Source: Camelus ferus (lineage: Eukaryota). Taken from it: a stretch of DNA of 64,000 bases. The position numbers and the translations under genes are program-made. The notes under the pieces were generated by a model. It saw only the letters and a list, made by a program, of their open reading frames with translations. It did not search any database and was not told the DNA's origin. Where the stretch lies: NCBI RefSeq assembly GCF_009834535.1, contig NC_045707.1, positions 62,746,001 to 62,810,000 of the forward strand, written 5' to 3'. This document shows, in pieces, positions 50,021-60,573 of the stretch (within the stretch, counting starts at the first letter, position 1; each line of letters starts with the position of its first letter).

Positions 50021-51733
50021 TATATTAATTAGGAATAGTATCAAATTAAAATTTCACTGGACAGAGTTAAATACGCAAGGAAGACTTTATTTAAGATAAT
50101 TGCAAAAGGGCAAAGTGACTGAATTCAAGGTCACTGAAACAAAAGGCAGGAGAGTTTTTAAACACCAGGGTGAGCTAGTAGAAATGACCAAAGGGCATCA
50201 GGAAGAGGTTGGTCAGTGCGATTAAGTCATCTGTGTTTGCTAATTGTTGCTTATCAGAGTTAGGCTCCTGCCTCTCAGAAACTGGGAGATAGGGGTGTGA
50301 TCTGTCTTGATTATCTTCCAAAGGGACGGCTGTCAGATTCTTGAAAAAGACATCCCTTTGTCGTAAACCCAGAAGAAGGCTAGGAGAAGAGTTACATTTT
50401 GAAGGGGAGGATACTCTAAAAACAGAGAGATCAGGAGCCTATAGTCAGGAAGAAATTTGTCCAAAGGTTAGTCAAGCTAAGGGGAGCATTCAGGTTGTCT
50501 TGGTCATTACGTTTGGCTACAAATTTAGAAAACTTCCAAATAACTGTGGCTTGGCTAAATTTTTAAGTTCATTTCTTTCTCACATAAAAGAGTGGAAAGT
50601 TGCAGTCCAGAGCAAATGGCAGTTCTGTCCTAAAAAGCTGTTCAAAGTCTGGGTATCTCCTGGGTCACCATTCCCCTATTTTGTAGGGGGTTCCCATTGT
50701 CTGCCTAGTCTGTGGCATTCCTGTTTACATTCCAGGTAGCAAAACGGAGAAAAAGAATTGCAGTAAAGGCAAAAGTGTGTGCTGTCCCTTAAGGGAAGTT
50801 CCCACAAGCTGCCATGGGACATATCTCTTCACATTTCTTTTTGACAGACAGTCTGCACAGTCCAACATTTTGGATACCTCAATAAATGTCCACACTTTCT
50901 TTCCCATGCATACAACACACTCACCCTCTCCTCAGAGAAATGATTCCGTTTGCATACGCATGTTCGCCTCACTTTTAAAGAATTATGGAAAGTGACAAAA
51001 GCAGCCAAGACACACCAAAATTTTAAAAATTCCTATTTGCTCCCCTAACACTATAATATTGTCAACCCATAGCCTTCTAAAAAAAATTCAGGAGCTAGTG
51101 TCACAAGATGCACTGCCAAAAACGAATGAGGTTGCTTTCTGAACTTGTAATAACTGAGTTGCTGCCACATGAGTGATTCCATTAAGCCGATAAAAAAGGT
51201 TCAGCTTTCACTAATCTAAACATCTTACTGCTGGTACCAAATTCTTTATTTCTTAGCCTTATGTTAAGCAGCTAGTAACAAAAACCCAGGATAAAAGCAG
51301 CTTAAATAAGAGAGAAATTAATTCCTCACCTGTATAAATGTCAGAAACTTTGCAACTCAGCGGTGTAAAAGAATTTTAGAGAATCAGAATACTTCCAGCT
51401 CACCTCTCTGTCATCTCCGGAGTGTGGCTTTGTCTTTATCATTCAAGGCAGCATGTGCATTCCAGAAAACAAGACAGAAGAAAAGATAAAAAGACAACGT
51501 GAGTGGTTTGCTCTACATAGCTCTTAAGGAAGATCCTGGAAACTGCTGCAAATCAGATATGCTCGCATCCCATCTGGACAGAACTTAGTCACATGGAAAC
51601 ACCTAGGTTTACGATGCTTGGATAATGTGACTTTTTTTTTTTTTTTTTTAGGCTTACATGTGCCTGGCTAAATATGTTATCATTTTGGTAACCAGAACAG
51701 AAAAATATTGGGAAACAGGCAGGTTCTGACACA
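50021..51733 (-). mobile_element. Decayed MaLR (MLT1J-like) provirus: LTR ~51247-51733, short internal remnant ~50860-51245, LTR ~50021-50860 split by MER31
   Basis: Two similar MLT1-type segments lie in the same orientation ('cttaagggaagttcccacaagctgcc' and 'cttaaggaagatcctggaaactgctgc'). The minus strand starts TGTGTCAGA at 51733 and reads 'gaatttggtaccag' (MaLR internal-start-like) just after that LTR. Confidence 0.55.
50036..50506 (-). mobile_element. ERV1 solo LTR (MER31-like)
   Basis: The reverse strand begins TGACCAAGACAACCTGAATGCTCCCCTTAGCTTGACTAACCTTTGGACAAATTTCTTCCTGACTATAGGCTCCTGA, matching the MER31 5' end as recalled. Confidence 0.75.
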
Positions 51734-51794
51734 GGGTGATGCAGCCGGTGCTACATTATAGCTTTACTAACAATTAAGGCAATCTCTTGGGCAA

Positions 51795-52340
51795 ATTCAT
51801 TCATTCCTTCATTTAGTAAATACTTATAAAATGCAGTCTATAAATAGTCGTGCCCACCAATCCTTGGAGCAATCCTGCGAAGCAAGGAAACAGACTTGAT
51901 AACATGTATTTTTAGAGTGGTGGAAATAGAGGCGCTGACAAGTTCAATGACACCCTGACTGCCACAAAGTTACTGATACATGAAGCCTGATCTCTCCCTC
52001 TATTTTGCCCCTGGCCAATCAATTCTCCACACAGCAGCCAGCGTGAGTTTATCAAAATCCATCTGTGATTGCCCAAGTTAAAATTTTTGATACCCTTCTA
52101 TTATCCTTAGAAGGAAGTCCAAATTCTTTAACATGGATCACAAGGCCTTTTCAAATCCTGAGCTCTTCTCACTCATCCAGGAACCACATCCTACACTGTG
52201 TTCCGTCCTTCACTTGCTCCCAAATATATGCTCATTATCCTGCAGCCCTGCATGTAGGAGAAACCTCTCTTACTTCTAAGCCATTTTACAAGATGTTCGC
52301 TTCCTGAGATATATTTTTCTTCTTCATCTGGTGCTCACAA
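51795..52340. mobile_element. LINE-2 fragments in both orientations
   Basis: Antisense tail 'ttcattcattccttcatttagtaaatactta' and sense 'caattctccacacagcagccagcgtgag...aagtccaaattctttaacatgg'. Confidence 0.65.
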
Positions 52341-52721
52341 TTCCTTTGTCTAATTTAGGCTGGCTATTTATTCCCACTTTTTTTTTTTTCCTAAATCGAG
52401 ATATAAGCAGCATATAATAAAGGGCATAAGGTTTACTAATTTTAAGTGTCCAGCTAACTTTTTAACTTCACATTTACCTGCATAACCACCAGCCAGATTA
52501 AGCTATAAAATATTTCCAGTACTCCAAAAAACAACCCCTGCTCCTTCTTGGTTAATGGCTATTCGCCTACTCACAGGGAAATAATTTTATGACTTCTGTC
52601 GGCATCAAAGAGTGTGATAACTTTGTGAAAGCTAAACTGCATTTCCCAAAATTCAGTTGTTAGTATGTTTCCAGATAAGGTGGACTACAAGAGATATCCG
52701 TGCATGAGAAGCAGAGGACAA

Positions 52722-52850
52722 GGGGTGGAGGGTGCAGCTCAGTGGTAGGGGGTGTGCCTAGCATGCATGAGCTCCTGGGTTCAGTCCCCAGTACCTCCAT
52801 TAAATAAATAAACCTAGTTACCTACCCCCAAGGGGAAAAAAAAAAAAAAA
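52722..52850 (+). mobile_element. tRNA-derived SINE (camelid Vic-1-like)
   Basis: 'ggggtggagggtgcagctcagtggtag' (A box), 'ggttcagtccc' (B box, 52778-52788), body 'cagtacctccattaaataaataaacctagttacctaccccc', poly(A) tail, and imperfect flanking repeat aagcagaggaca / aagcagaaggca. Confidence 0.85.
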
Positions 52851-53099
52851 GCAGAAGGCAGAAGGAGTACGCCCGCCATTTTGTGGTATGTATACACCTC
52901 TTCCCATTTACTAAATTAAACGCTAATCTAAGTATTGCTGTGAAGGGACTTTGCAGATATAACTAAAATCCCTAAGCAGTTGAGTTTATATTAAGGAGAT
53001 TACCCTGGGCCATTCTGACTCAATCAGCCATAAGTCCTGTAAAAGGGAGTTTGAGCCTTCCTGGAAAGGTAGAAACTCCCACCTGTGGACAATAGATAA

Positions 53100-53672
53100 T
53101 GTATTTCCTTCACCCTAAAGTGGGTCTCTTGTAGGCAGCATATTGTAGGCTCTTGTTTTTATTATTCAATCTGCCACTCTGTCTTTTGATTGGAGCATTT
53201 AGTCCATTAATATTCAAGGTAATTACTGATATGCATTTATTGACATCTTAAGCCTTGTTTTCCAGTGGATTTTTATTTCTTCTTTGTTTCTTTTTCTTTT
53301 TTCTTTTTGGTTTGATCATTTTTTTTTCTTGTATTTTGCTTGAGTTCTTTTCTTTTTGGTTTTTGTGACTCTATTGTATGTTTTTAATTTGTGGCTACTC
53401 TGTTTTTTAACCATGTTAACCCATGACTGTATCTACTTGCTTTAGACTGGTAATCATATAGATTCAAACATTGTAAAAAGAAAAACAAAAAATTTACATT
53501 TTCTTACTCCCTTTCCCCACAATTTATGATTCTGAGCTCCTCTTTTACATCTTCATGTGTATTCTTTTGCTAATCACTATAGTTTGCACATTTCCAACTG
53601 TGACTTTCTTTTTCTTTTCTATATATTCTTGCTTCTTTTCTACTAGAGATGACTGTCCAATATTTCTTTTAT
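53100..53672 (-). mobile_element. LINE-1 internal fragment (ORF1 end, spacer and ORF2 start)
   Basis: 'aagtgggtctcttgtaggcagcatattgtaggctcttgttttt...tctgccactctgtcttttgattggagcatttagtccatt' is homologous to 40685-40800 of the large L1. Confidence 0.8.
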
Positions 53673-53786
53673 GAGCTTCAGATCCTGCCCATGGGATTCC
53701 AGACTGCTCATGATCTTCTCTTATGACTAATGACTTATATGGCCTATAGACTTTGAGCTTGCACAGCTAGATTAATTGCATAAGCC

Positions 53787-53868
53787 TACATATATATACA
53801 TATATATGTATATATATGTGTGTGTGTCTATATGTGTGTGTGTGTATATATATGTGTGTGTATATGTA

Positions 53869-53902
<34 letters not shown>
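53787..53902. repeat. (TA)n/(TG)n compound microsatellite
   Basis: Read directly from the sequence. Confidence 0.9.
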
Positions 53903-53903
<1 letters not shown>

Positions 53904-55559
53904 GGTGATTTTCCTCTAGTTGAATCATAACTGGTAAAAATTTTTTCCTCAATCATTTTAGCATATAAATAGAATCATATAGTATGTACTAGAGAAACAA
54001 AAGTGTTTCTGGGCTCTTTTTCTCAACGTAACAGCTTTGAGATGCATCCTTGTCATGAGTATAAGCGGTATGTTTACTTTTATGTCTGAGTTATATTCCA
54101 TTGTATGAATTTAACACAATAACACAATTTATTCATATGTTCTCATTTGGATGGACATTTGGGGTTTTCCCAGTTTTTTTTAATATAAATAAAGCTGCTC
54201 TGTGTATCATTAAGTATTTTGTTAAACATATTCTCTCATATGTTGAGTACTGGGTATGTATCTAGGAATGAATTGCTGGGTCATGGGATAGAAATATATT
54301 TAAATTTGTAGGTATTGCTGAACAGATTTTCAAAGTGTATATTCACCTTGGACTCCAGCCAGCAGTGTTTATAATTTCCTCTTCCAGTTGATCTAATCTA
54401 CAGCCTAACAAAAATTTGGAATTAACTTTTTTTTTTTCTTTGCCAGTCTCAATGGCTAGTAATTGGGAACTCATTGTGATTTTACTTTGCATTTCCCTGG
54501 TAAGTTATATAGTTACACACATTTCAATATGCTTTTTGGCCATTTATGTATCGTTTTTTATCGAAGAATTAAATCTGTATCTGCTTTCTTTTAATTGTGT
54601 TTTTGTCTTTCTCTTATTGATTTGAAGGAGCAATTTTTATATTTCTAGTAAGTCTTTTGTTGAGTATATTTTTTGAATATGCTCTCCCAGTCTATAGTTC
54701 GCTTTTTTAAATTTTTAATTTTAATTTAATTCTAACGATGTCCTTTGATTAAAAAAAAGATGCTTTTATTTTAGTAAAATAAAACTTCCTGATTATTTTC
54801 TTTTATATTTAATGCTTTTGATTCATGTTAAAGAAACTATTTCCTACCATAAAATAGTATGTTTCTCTCTGCTTTCTTCTGGAAGCTTTATTATTTTGCC
54901 TTTCACATATAGGCTTATGATCTAGCTCAGATTGCTTTTTTGGTTAGGACGAGTGGTAAAAGTCAAAGATCACTTATTCTATGTAGACACTTACTGAAAC
55001 CGATGTTGTTTATTGAAGGGACTGCTGCATTGGCACTTTATTGAAAATTAAATAACCATAAATGTGTGGGTCTATTGATGAGTTCTTCCTTCTGTTTTAT
55101 TTGTCTGTTTTGTATCCTCGTAACAGCTCCATAATGTCATAAGTAATGTCGCTTTGCAATGTGGTTTGAAATCTAATAGTAAGTAGGTGCCAAAAACCAA
55201 TCAGCAGTCAACGTTTAAGGGTTTGGGGAACTCCAGTTTCAATATCATTTGAGTATATTTTACGGTCATACATTTCAGTTTGTAGTATTTTTAAATGAAA
55301 AGAAAATTTTTTATATAGAGTTGTAAGAGACACTTAAGAAATCAAAAATTCTCTCTTGGATATGTAAACTTTGTAGCTTTTCTCCATTCTTTTGTAATTA
55401 AATTTACTTACCCACAAAATGTGGGCATCAATAGTTGTGATTTCTTAAAAGAAATATGCTTAATTGAAATAGCATTTGGAAATAATTTGAAAGAGTGGTA
55501 CAGTTTAAGTATTCAGTTTATATTAGCCATCACTATTATTATTTATAAGTTGTGGCAAT

Positions 55560-56215
55560 TTAAATAATGTGGTATCAGTGTGCTAATATACCAATCAATC
55601 AATTAAAGCAAACAGAGAGCTAAAACAGAATTTGTGTACATGGGAATTAAGCAAGTAATATATAGGTCACTTCAAGTCAATAGGAAAGGTGGATTATTTA
55701 ATAAATGGCATTAATTCTATAAGCTGCCAATTTAGGGAAGTTTTTAAAGTTAAGCCACACCTTCAGACTCTTCACAATAATAAATCCCAGATGACATAAA
55801 TTCCTACGTGTTTGAAAATTAGAAAAGAAAATACAGGTAAATGAGTTTGTCATTTTGGGTTTTAGAAGTTCAAAAATAAATAGTCAAGATACCACTGATA
55901 TTTAAACATCATATAAAGTATGATTGTATTAAAAGAAAATACAGAATCTAAGAGAATGTATTTATCAATTTGTAGTAGGAAATCCACCTTAAAAAAGTAA
56001 AAAAAAAAAAAAAAAAAAGAAAGAAAGAAATTAAATACATAAAGGAAAATATTGAAAGTATTGAAGTCCCGATGAAGAGGTGAGAAAACTTGAACCCCTG
56101 TGCTCATCATGATAAAATACACACAATTAGGTAGAGCAATTTGGCATTATTTAGTAAAGGTAAAAATGTGCATGTCCTACTACATATCAATTCCCCTCAC
56201 ACACATACACAGGGA
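55560..56215 (+). mobile_element. Old LINE-1 (L1ME-like) ORF2 3' fragment
   Basis: 'aataatgtggtatcagtg...caataggaaaggtggattatttaataaatggca...gagcaatttggcattatttagtaaaggtaaaaatgtgcatgtcctac'. It probably continues at ~58005-58320. Confidence 0.65.
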
Positions 56216-56220
56216 GAAGT

Positions 56221-56620
56221 CTGTAGGGATGAAGATGTGGTGCTATAAAATTAAAATATCCATCATGTAATCAGAAAGCCTATGAGTAGAATAAATATGA
56301 AAGTTCATCTCTTGCAGCAAGAATACGTTAGACAGCCCCGGGGGTATTGAAATTTGATAAAACCATTAAGGAATCACACTTCTTTCACTTTCCTTCTCCA
56401 TCATCCTTAGCACATAATTTTCTTCCTCTTGAATTAAGGTGGCTTGAGTCACTGACTGGATTCTAAGCAGAAAGTAGCACACTAAAAGTTCTCTTTACAT
56501 TTTATTTCCCTCATTGGAAACCCTTAGCTGCAAGGGAAGCTGAGACTAGATTTTAGTTTTTGGATTACTGTTGTAAAGGAGAGCAATAAAAATAAAATAA
56601 AATAAGAAACAACTTGTGAC
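56221..56620 (-). mobile_element. Old MaLR LTR fragment (MLT1-like)
   Basis: 'cccttagctgcaagggaagctgagactagattttagttttt'. Confidence 0.4.
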
Positions 56621-56629
56621 ATATTCCTT

Positions 56630-57770
56630 TTAGTTCAATTTCAAAATTAGTTTCAAATAATACTAGATTTACATATAAATTGATAAGATAGTCCAAGGAG
56701 GTTTTTCTTTTTTTTTTCTGGCCCTCACCAAGCTTGCCAGAATAATGAGATCTTTCATAATCAAGGTAGAAATTAATAGTAGTGCAAAATGAAACTAAGA
56801 CTTTTTTTGATTTTCCAGTTTTTCTACCATTGTCTTTTCTGTCGTAGATACAGGATCCAACCTAGAATACCTCGCTGCATCTGGTCATCATGCGTCTGCA
56901 CTGTCTCCTAATCTGGGACAGTTTCTTAGTGCTTTGTTTCATTTTGTCCATAGCTTTAACAGTTTGCAAGAGCTCTGATTGCAGATTTTGTAGAAAGTCC
57001 ACATTTGGGGCTTTTCTCACGATGACACCGGGGTTATGGATTTTGTGGAAGAATATTACAGTGAAGTATTTGTCTCATCACATCGTTTCAGGGGGTACAG
57101 ATATCAGTGTGACATCACTGTTGGTGTCATTCTTTACCCCTCGACTGAGTTATTGTCTGCCAGGTTTCTCTACTGTAAGTTACTTTGCCTTTTCAAACTG
57201 TATTCTTTGGAAGCAAATCACTCAGTCCAGCCTACATTCAAGTAAGAGGTGGAGGGATGGGGTAGTTAAGCCTCACCACCTGAAGGAGATGGTATCTACA
57301 TATAATACTTAGAGTTCTTCTGAAAAGAAGGTTTGTTTCTTTTCCTTCATTTGTCTGTTGATTCAATAACTTATTTTTATCAGTATGGATACATTTGTAT
57401 TTATTATTAATTTAGGTTATAATCCCGTACAATGCAACTTATTTTCTTCCTCAACCTGTTCCTGCTTTGGCCACTGGGAGCCCTTCCAGATTGCTTCCTG
57501 TCTCGCTGCCATGCCCCTAGCCTTTTGCTTTAGGAGCACTTCCTTATTTTCTGGCATAGGAGGTGCCCCAAGTTCAGCTTGCATTTCTCTGCCCCAGCCC
57601 TAAGATTAGACATTTCTTCAAAGAAAAGTTGGTTCATTGTACTGGAAAATGCTGTTTAGACACTAATATTTGGGCGCTTGGTATATGCATGGCTGTTGAG
57701 GTGTCTGCTTTCAGCAGACGACTAGGAAATATATGTCTGGATGTTAATGCATGTATGTGCACATATTCCG
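56630..57770 (-). mobile_element. LINE-1 (L1MC4/5-like) 3'UTR (antisense)
   Basis: 'tttcaaataatactagatttaca...caggatccaacctagaatacc...ctcctaatctgggacagtttcttagt...ttttgtagaaagtcc...ttggccactgggagcccttcca'. Confidence 0.8.
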
Positions 57771-57774
57771 ATTG

Positions 57775-58002
57775 GTAAGCCCAACTGAAGCCCCAGCCAA
57801 CAGGTGACATCACCTGTGGGGAGCAAACCTTCACATGGTTCCGGCTTTTGAACTATACCAGCTCCCACTGGGAGTGGAGGTGAGGTGTCCCTACCCACGT
57901 CTGCCCAAGTTGCAAATTCAGAAGCAAAATAAATGCTGTTTTTGTGCTTTACGTCACAAAGCTTTAGGGGTGGTTGTTATACAGACAGATAGATAACTGC
58001 AC
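57775..58002 (+). mobile_element. MaLR LTR 3' portion (MLT1F/H-like)
   Basis: 'cccagccaacag...ctgcccaagttgcaaattcagaagcaaaataaatgctgttttt...ggggtggttgttatacagacagatagataactgcaca'. Confidence 0.75.
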
Positions 58003-58674
58003 AGTGAAAATGTGTCTACGCTTTACAGAAGGATCTAAAACAATACTAAATATTGTTTTCCTGACACATATGCGTGGTAATAGTGTATCAGTGTGGAAGG
58101 GAATGATGAACTGGAAGTTCTGTATTGTGGGGATTTGTTGAGCAGGAGGAAGAGGAAATGGCTTGGGAATTTACAGGAAGGTGTAAGGTATTTATAAAAA
58201 AAAATGCATGCCCTAAAAAAACTAAAATTTGATAAGTTTAGTAGCAGGGATATTAGGTTTTTTTATAATATTATTCTATACATTTCAGTATTATTGAATT
58301 GTGCCCTAATAAGAAAAATAATTAGTCACCTGAAATGAAGGGGAAAAAAAAACCAATTAAATTTCACAGAGACAGCACAGTGTAATGAAAAAGGCTGAAG
58401 TTTGGAATTAGAAAACTTGGCTTTTGGTTTATGGAATTTTGTTGATGCTAATCACTCACCACCAACAGGCGTGTTAAAGATAAACACTGGGGACCAAGTA
58501 AGTGTCAAAATATCATGGGTTTCATGATAGACAAGACTGGGTCACATAACTGAACAGAGCCTTGTACTTCCATCTGACTCTGGGACTCGGGATGCCAATG
58601 TCCCTGACTCCCACTGAAGCACTGGCTGGACAAAAGATGGGACCAATTAAAAAGACCTGCTTGGATGGCTTACC

Positions 58675-58905
58675 GCACAGAGTTTCATAACTAACACTGG
58701 GTTTGGTTTTTGGTTCTGCCGCTTGCTAGTCTTGTGACCTCACACGAGTTATTTAAACAGTCTGAGCCTGAGTTTCCACATTTAGAAAATGAGGCTGTTT
58801 ACATCTGCCTGGCAGGGTTTTATAAGGATTAGAGATAAGGTGCTTATTGTTTAGGACAGTGCCTGGCGTGAACACGGATAGCCGGTAACAAGCAGTAGTT
58901 CTTAA
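58675..58905 (+). mobile_element. MIR SINE
   Basis: 'ggttctgccgcttgctagtcttgtgacctcacacgagttatttaaacagtctgagcctgagtttccacatttagaaaatgagg...ttaggacagtgcctggc'. Confidence 0.8.
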
Positions 58906-59464
58906 TACTGAGGATAATCCCTTCTGGAGCAATTCCTCAGCTACTTGAATCCTTGTCAAATCAGGAGGCTACCTGATTCATCTTATGGATGATTACTTTA
59001 AACTGATTCTAAATGCATATATGTAGTCAAAGTAAATGGGAATTATAATTACACAGATAGCATAGAAATTATCTGAATAATGTATTTCAGTAAGCTCCAG
59101 AAATATTGTTTGTTGCGATTTTGACACAAGGTAGATTGCCCACGGCGGTCTATTTGACTTAAAATTATACATAACTCAGTTAGCTATTTAAAATTTTCTC
59201 ATGCTTCTTTAGAACAAACATGAAAGTAGCTCGCTCATGGCTTAGAGACATCAAAGTTGTTGGAGTGAAGTTGGCTTCTGTGGACACATATTAGGACAGT
59301 TTTAGGATGGGCAGCCTTTCCAAGGGGGATGGTTGGCCACGTGATGAGGCCAGATGGGAGTTGTTTCCTAATGAAAGGATACCCACTCAATCTTCTCCAT
59401 CTCAGACTCAGGATAAAGGAAAATTTCTGTTACTTCTCGGATATCAAAAAGAGAGCAAACTTTA

Positions 59465-59665
59465 ATGAACAGATCATGAGCTTTGTAGTCATACAGACAG
59501 ACTTTTAAGTCCAATCCTATCACTTCCTTCTCAATGTTGGTTTCCTGATGTGTAAACCCAAGATTGGTAATGCCTACATGCCAGTGTTACTTTGGAAATT
59601 AAATGGAATAATAAATATGAAAATGTATGATACAAAACTGCTGCTCAGTGAATACTAGTTCATTT
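59465..59665 (+). mobile_element. MIR SINE
   Basis: 'catgagctttgtagtcatacagac...ggtttcctgatgtgtaaa...gtgttactttggaaattaaatggaataata'. Confidence 0.65.
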
Positions 59666-60465
59666 TACTTTTCCCATTAGTTTTAAGGGCTGTCCTGTTT
59701 ACGCTCGGTTCAAGCTCAAAATAAGATGAATTCTGCATCAGGCATAGATACAAATTCTCCAAGTATAAGATGATGCTAAAATGACCAAACTGTCCATAAG
59801 AATGTTAACCTCTCTGATCTGAAAGTTCATAAAACAAAACAATAACATTTTCTTACCAAATTAGGAGGAAATATTTTAGGTACCTTCTGGGACATTGGAG
59901 GGACATTTGTGGAGAAGAAGGACAATGCACTGGGAAATAGGGGCTTATAATAGATAATACACAGAAGACTGTTTGGGGCAAGCCTATCCCTGTGAGCAGG
60001 CTGCCTGGACATAGAGGCTACACCAAGTATTACATTCCTCACACCCCCATTCATTCGGATGGAAAACAGAGACGGCGCAACTCATCTTGTGGTTCAGCTC
60101 TGCCAACAACATGATGTTCAACAGACACTTCACAGTGGAGAGATCCCTCCCCCAGGAACTGTTAGGGCTGGCGAGGTAAAGCTCACTGAGAGAAAGTATG
60201 GAACTAGAGTTGATAATAATCTTTGAACTAATTCTCATGCCAGAGGAAATAGTTGTTGGCAACCCTTTGGTGTGTCCTCTGGGAAAATGTTTGTATGTTC
60301 TCAGTTGGGAAATTTGAAAGTACTGAAAGTAACTGAATTTCAAAGTCAAATTCTTATACTTCCTCATTTTAAGTGAATGAATAGGGAGGTCATCTTCAAC
60401 AGAGGAGAACTCATAGGTATATAGAAAGGTCTTATGAAAATGTGGGGAAATTATAATTCTCTAAA

Positions 60466-60517
60466 GATAGATGGATGGATGGATAGATAGACTGATAGAA
60501 TGATAGGTAGATAGAAT

Positions 60518-60573
<56 letters not shown>
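60466..60573. repeat. (GATA)n/(GGAT)n tetranucleotide microsatellite
   Basis: Read directly from the sequence. Confidence 0.95.

Larger units (their letters stand above)
52612..53940 (+). mobile_element. ERVL LTR (MLT2-like), split by a SINE and an L1 fragment
   Basis: 'aaacgctaatctaagtattgctgtgaagggactttgcagatataactaaaatccctaagcagttgag', resuming at 'gcttcagatcctgcccatgg', with the MLT2-typical (TA/TG)n tract and end 'gattttcctctagttgaatcataactgg'. The 5' portion (52612-52880) may be a different LTR family. Confidence 0.6.
52378..55185 (-). mobile_element. Old LINE-1 (L1MC/ME-like) 3' region; outer layer of a nested cluster (pieces ~52378-52610 and ~53945-55185)
   Basis: poly(T) followed by 'tttaagtgtccagct...cataaccaccagccagattaagctataaaatatttccagtactcca'. 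The element resumes at 'atataaatagaatcatatagtatgtact' and continues into ORF2-end sequence. Confidence 0.75.

Noticed and set aside
52722..52800. Functional tRNA gene
   Set aside because: It has a SINE body, poly(A) tail, flanking duplication, a degenerate B box and no intact cloverleaf.
56890..57312. 140-aa ORF, the longest in the window
   Set aside because: It lies entirely on the antisense strand of an L1MC 3'UTR.
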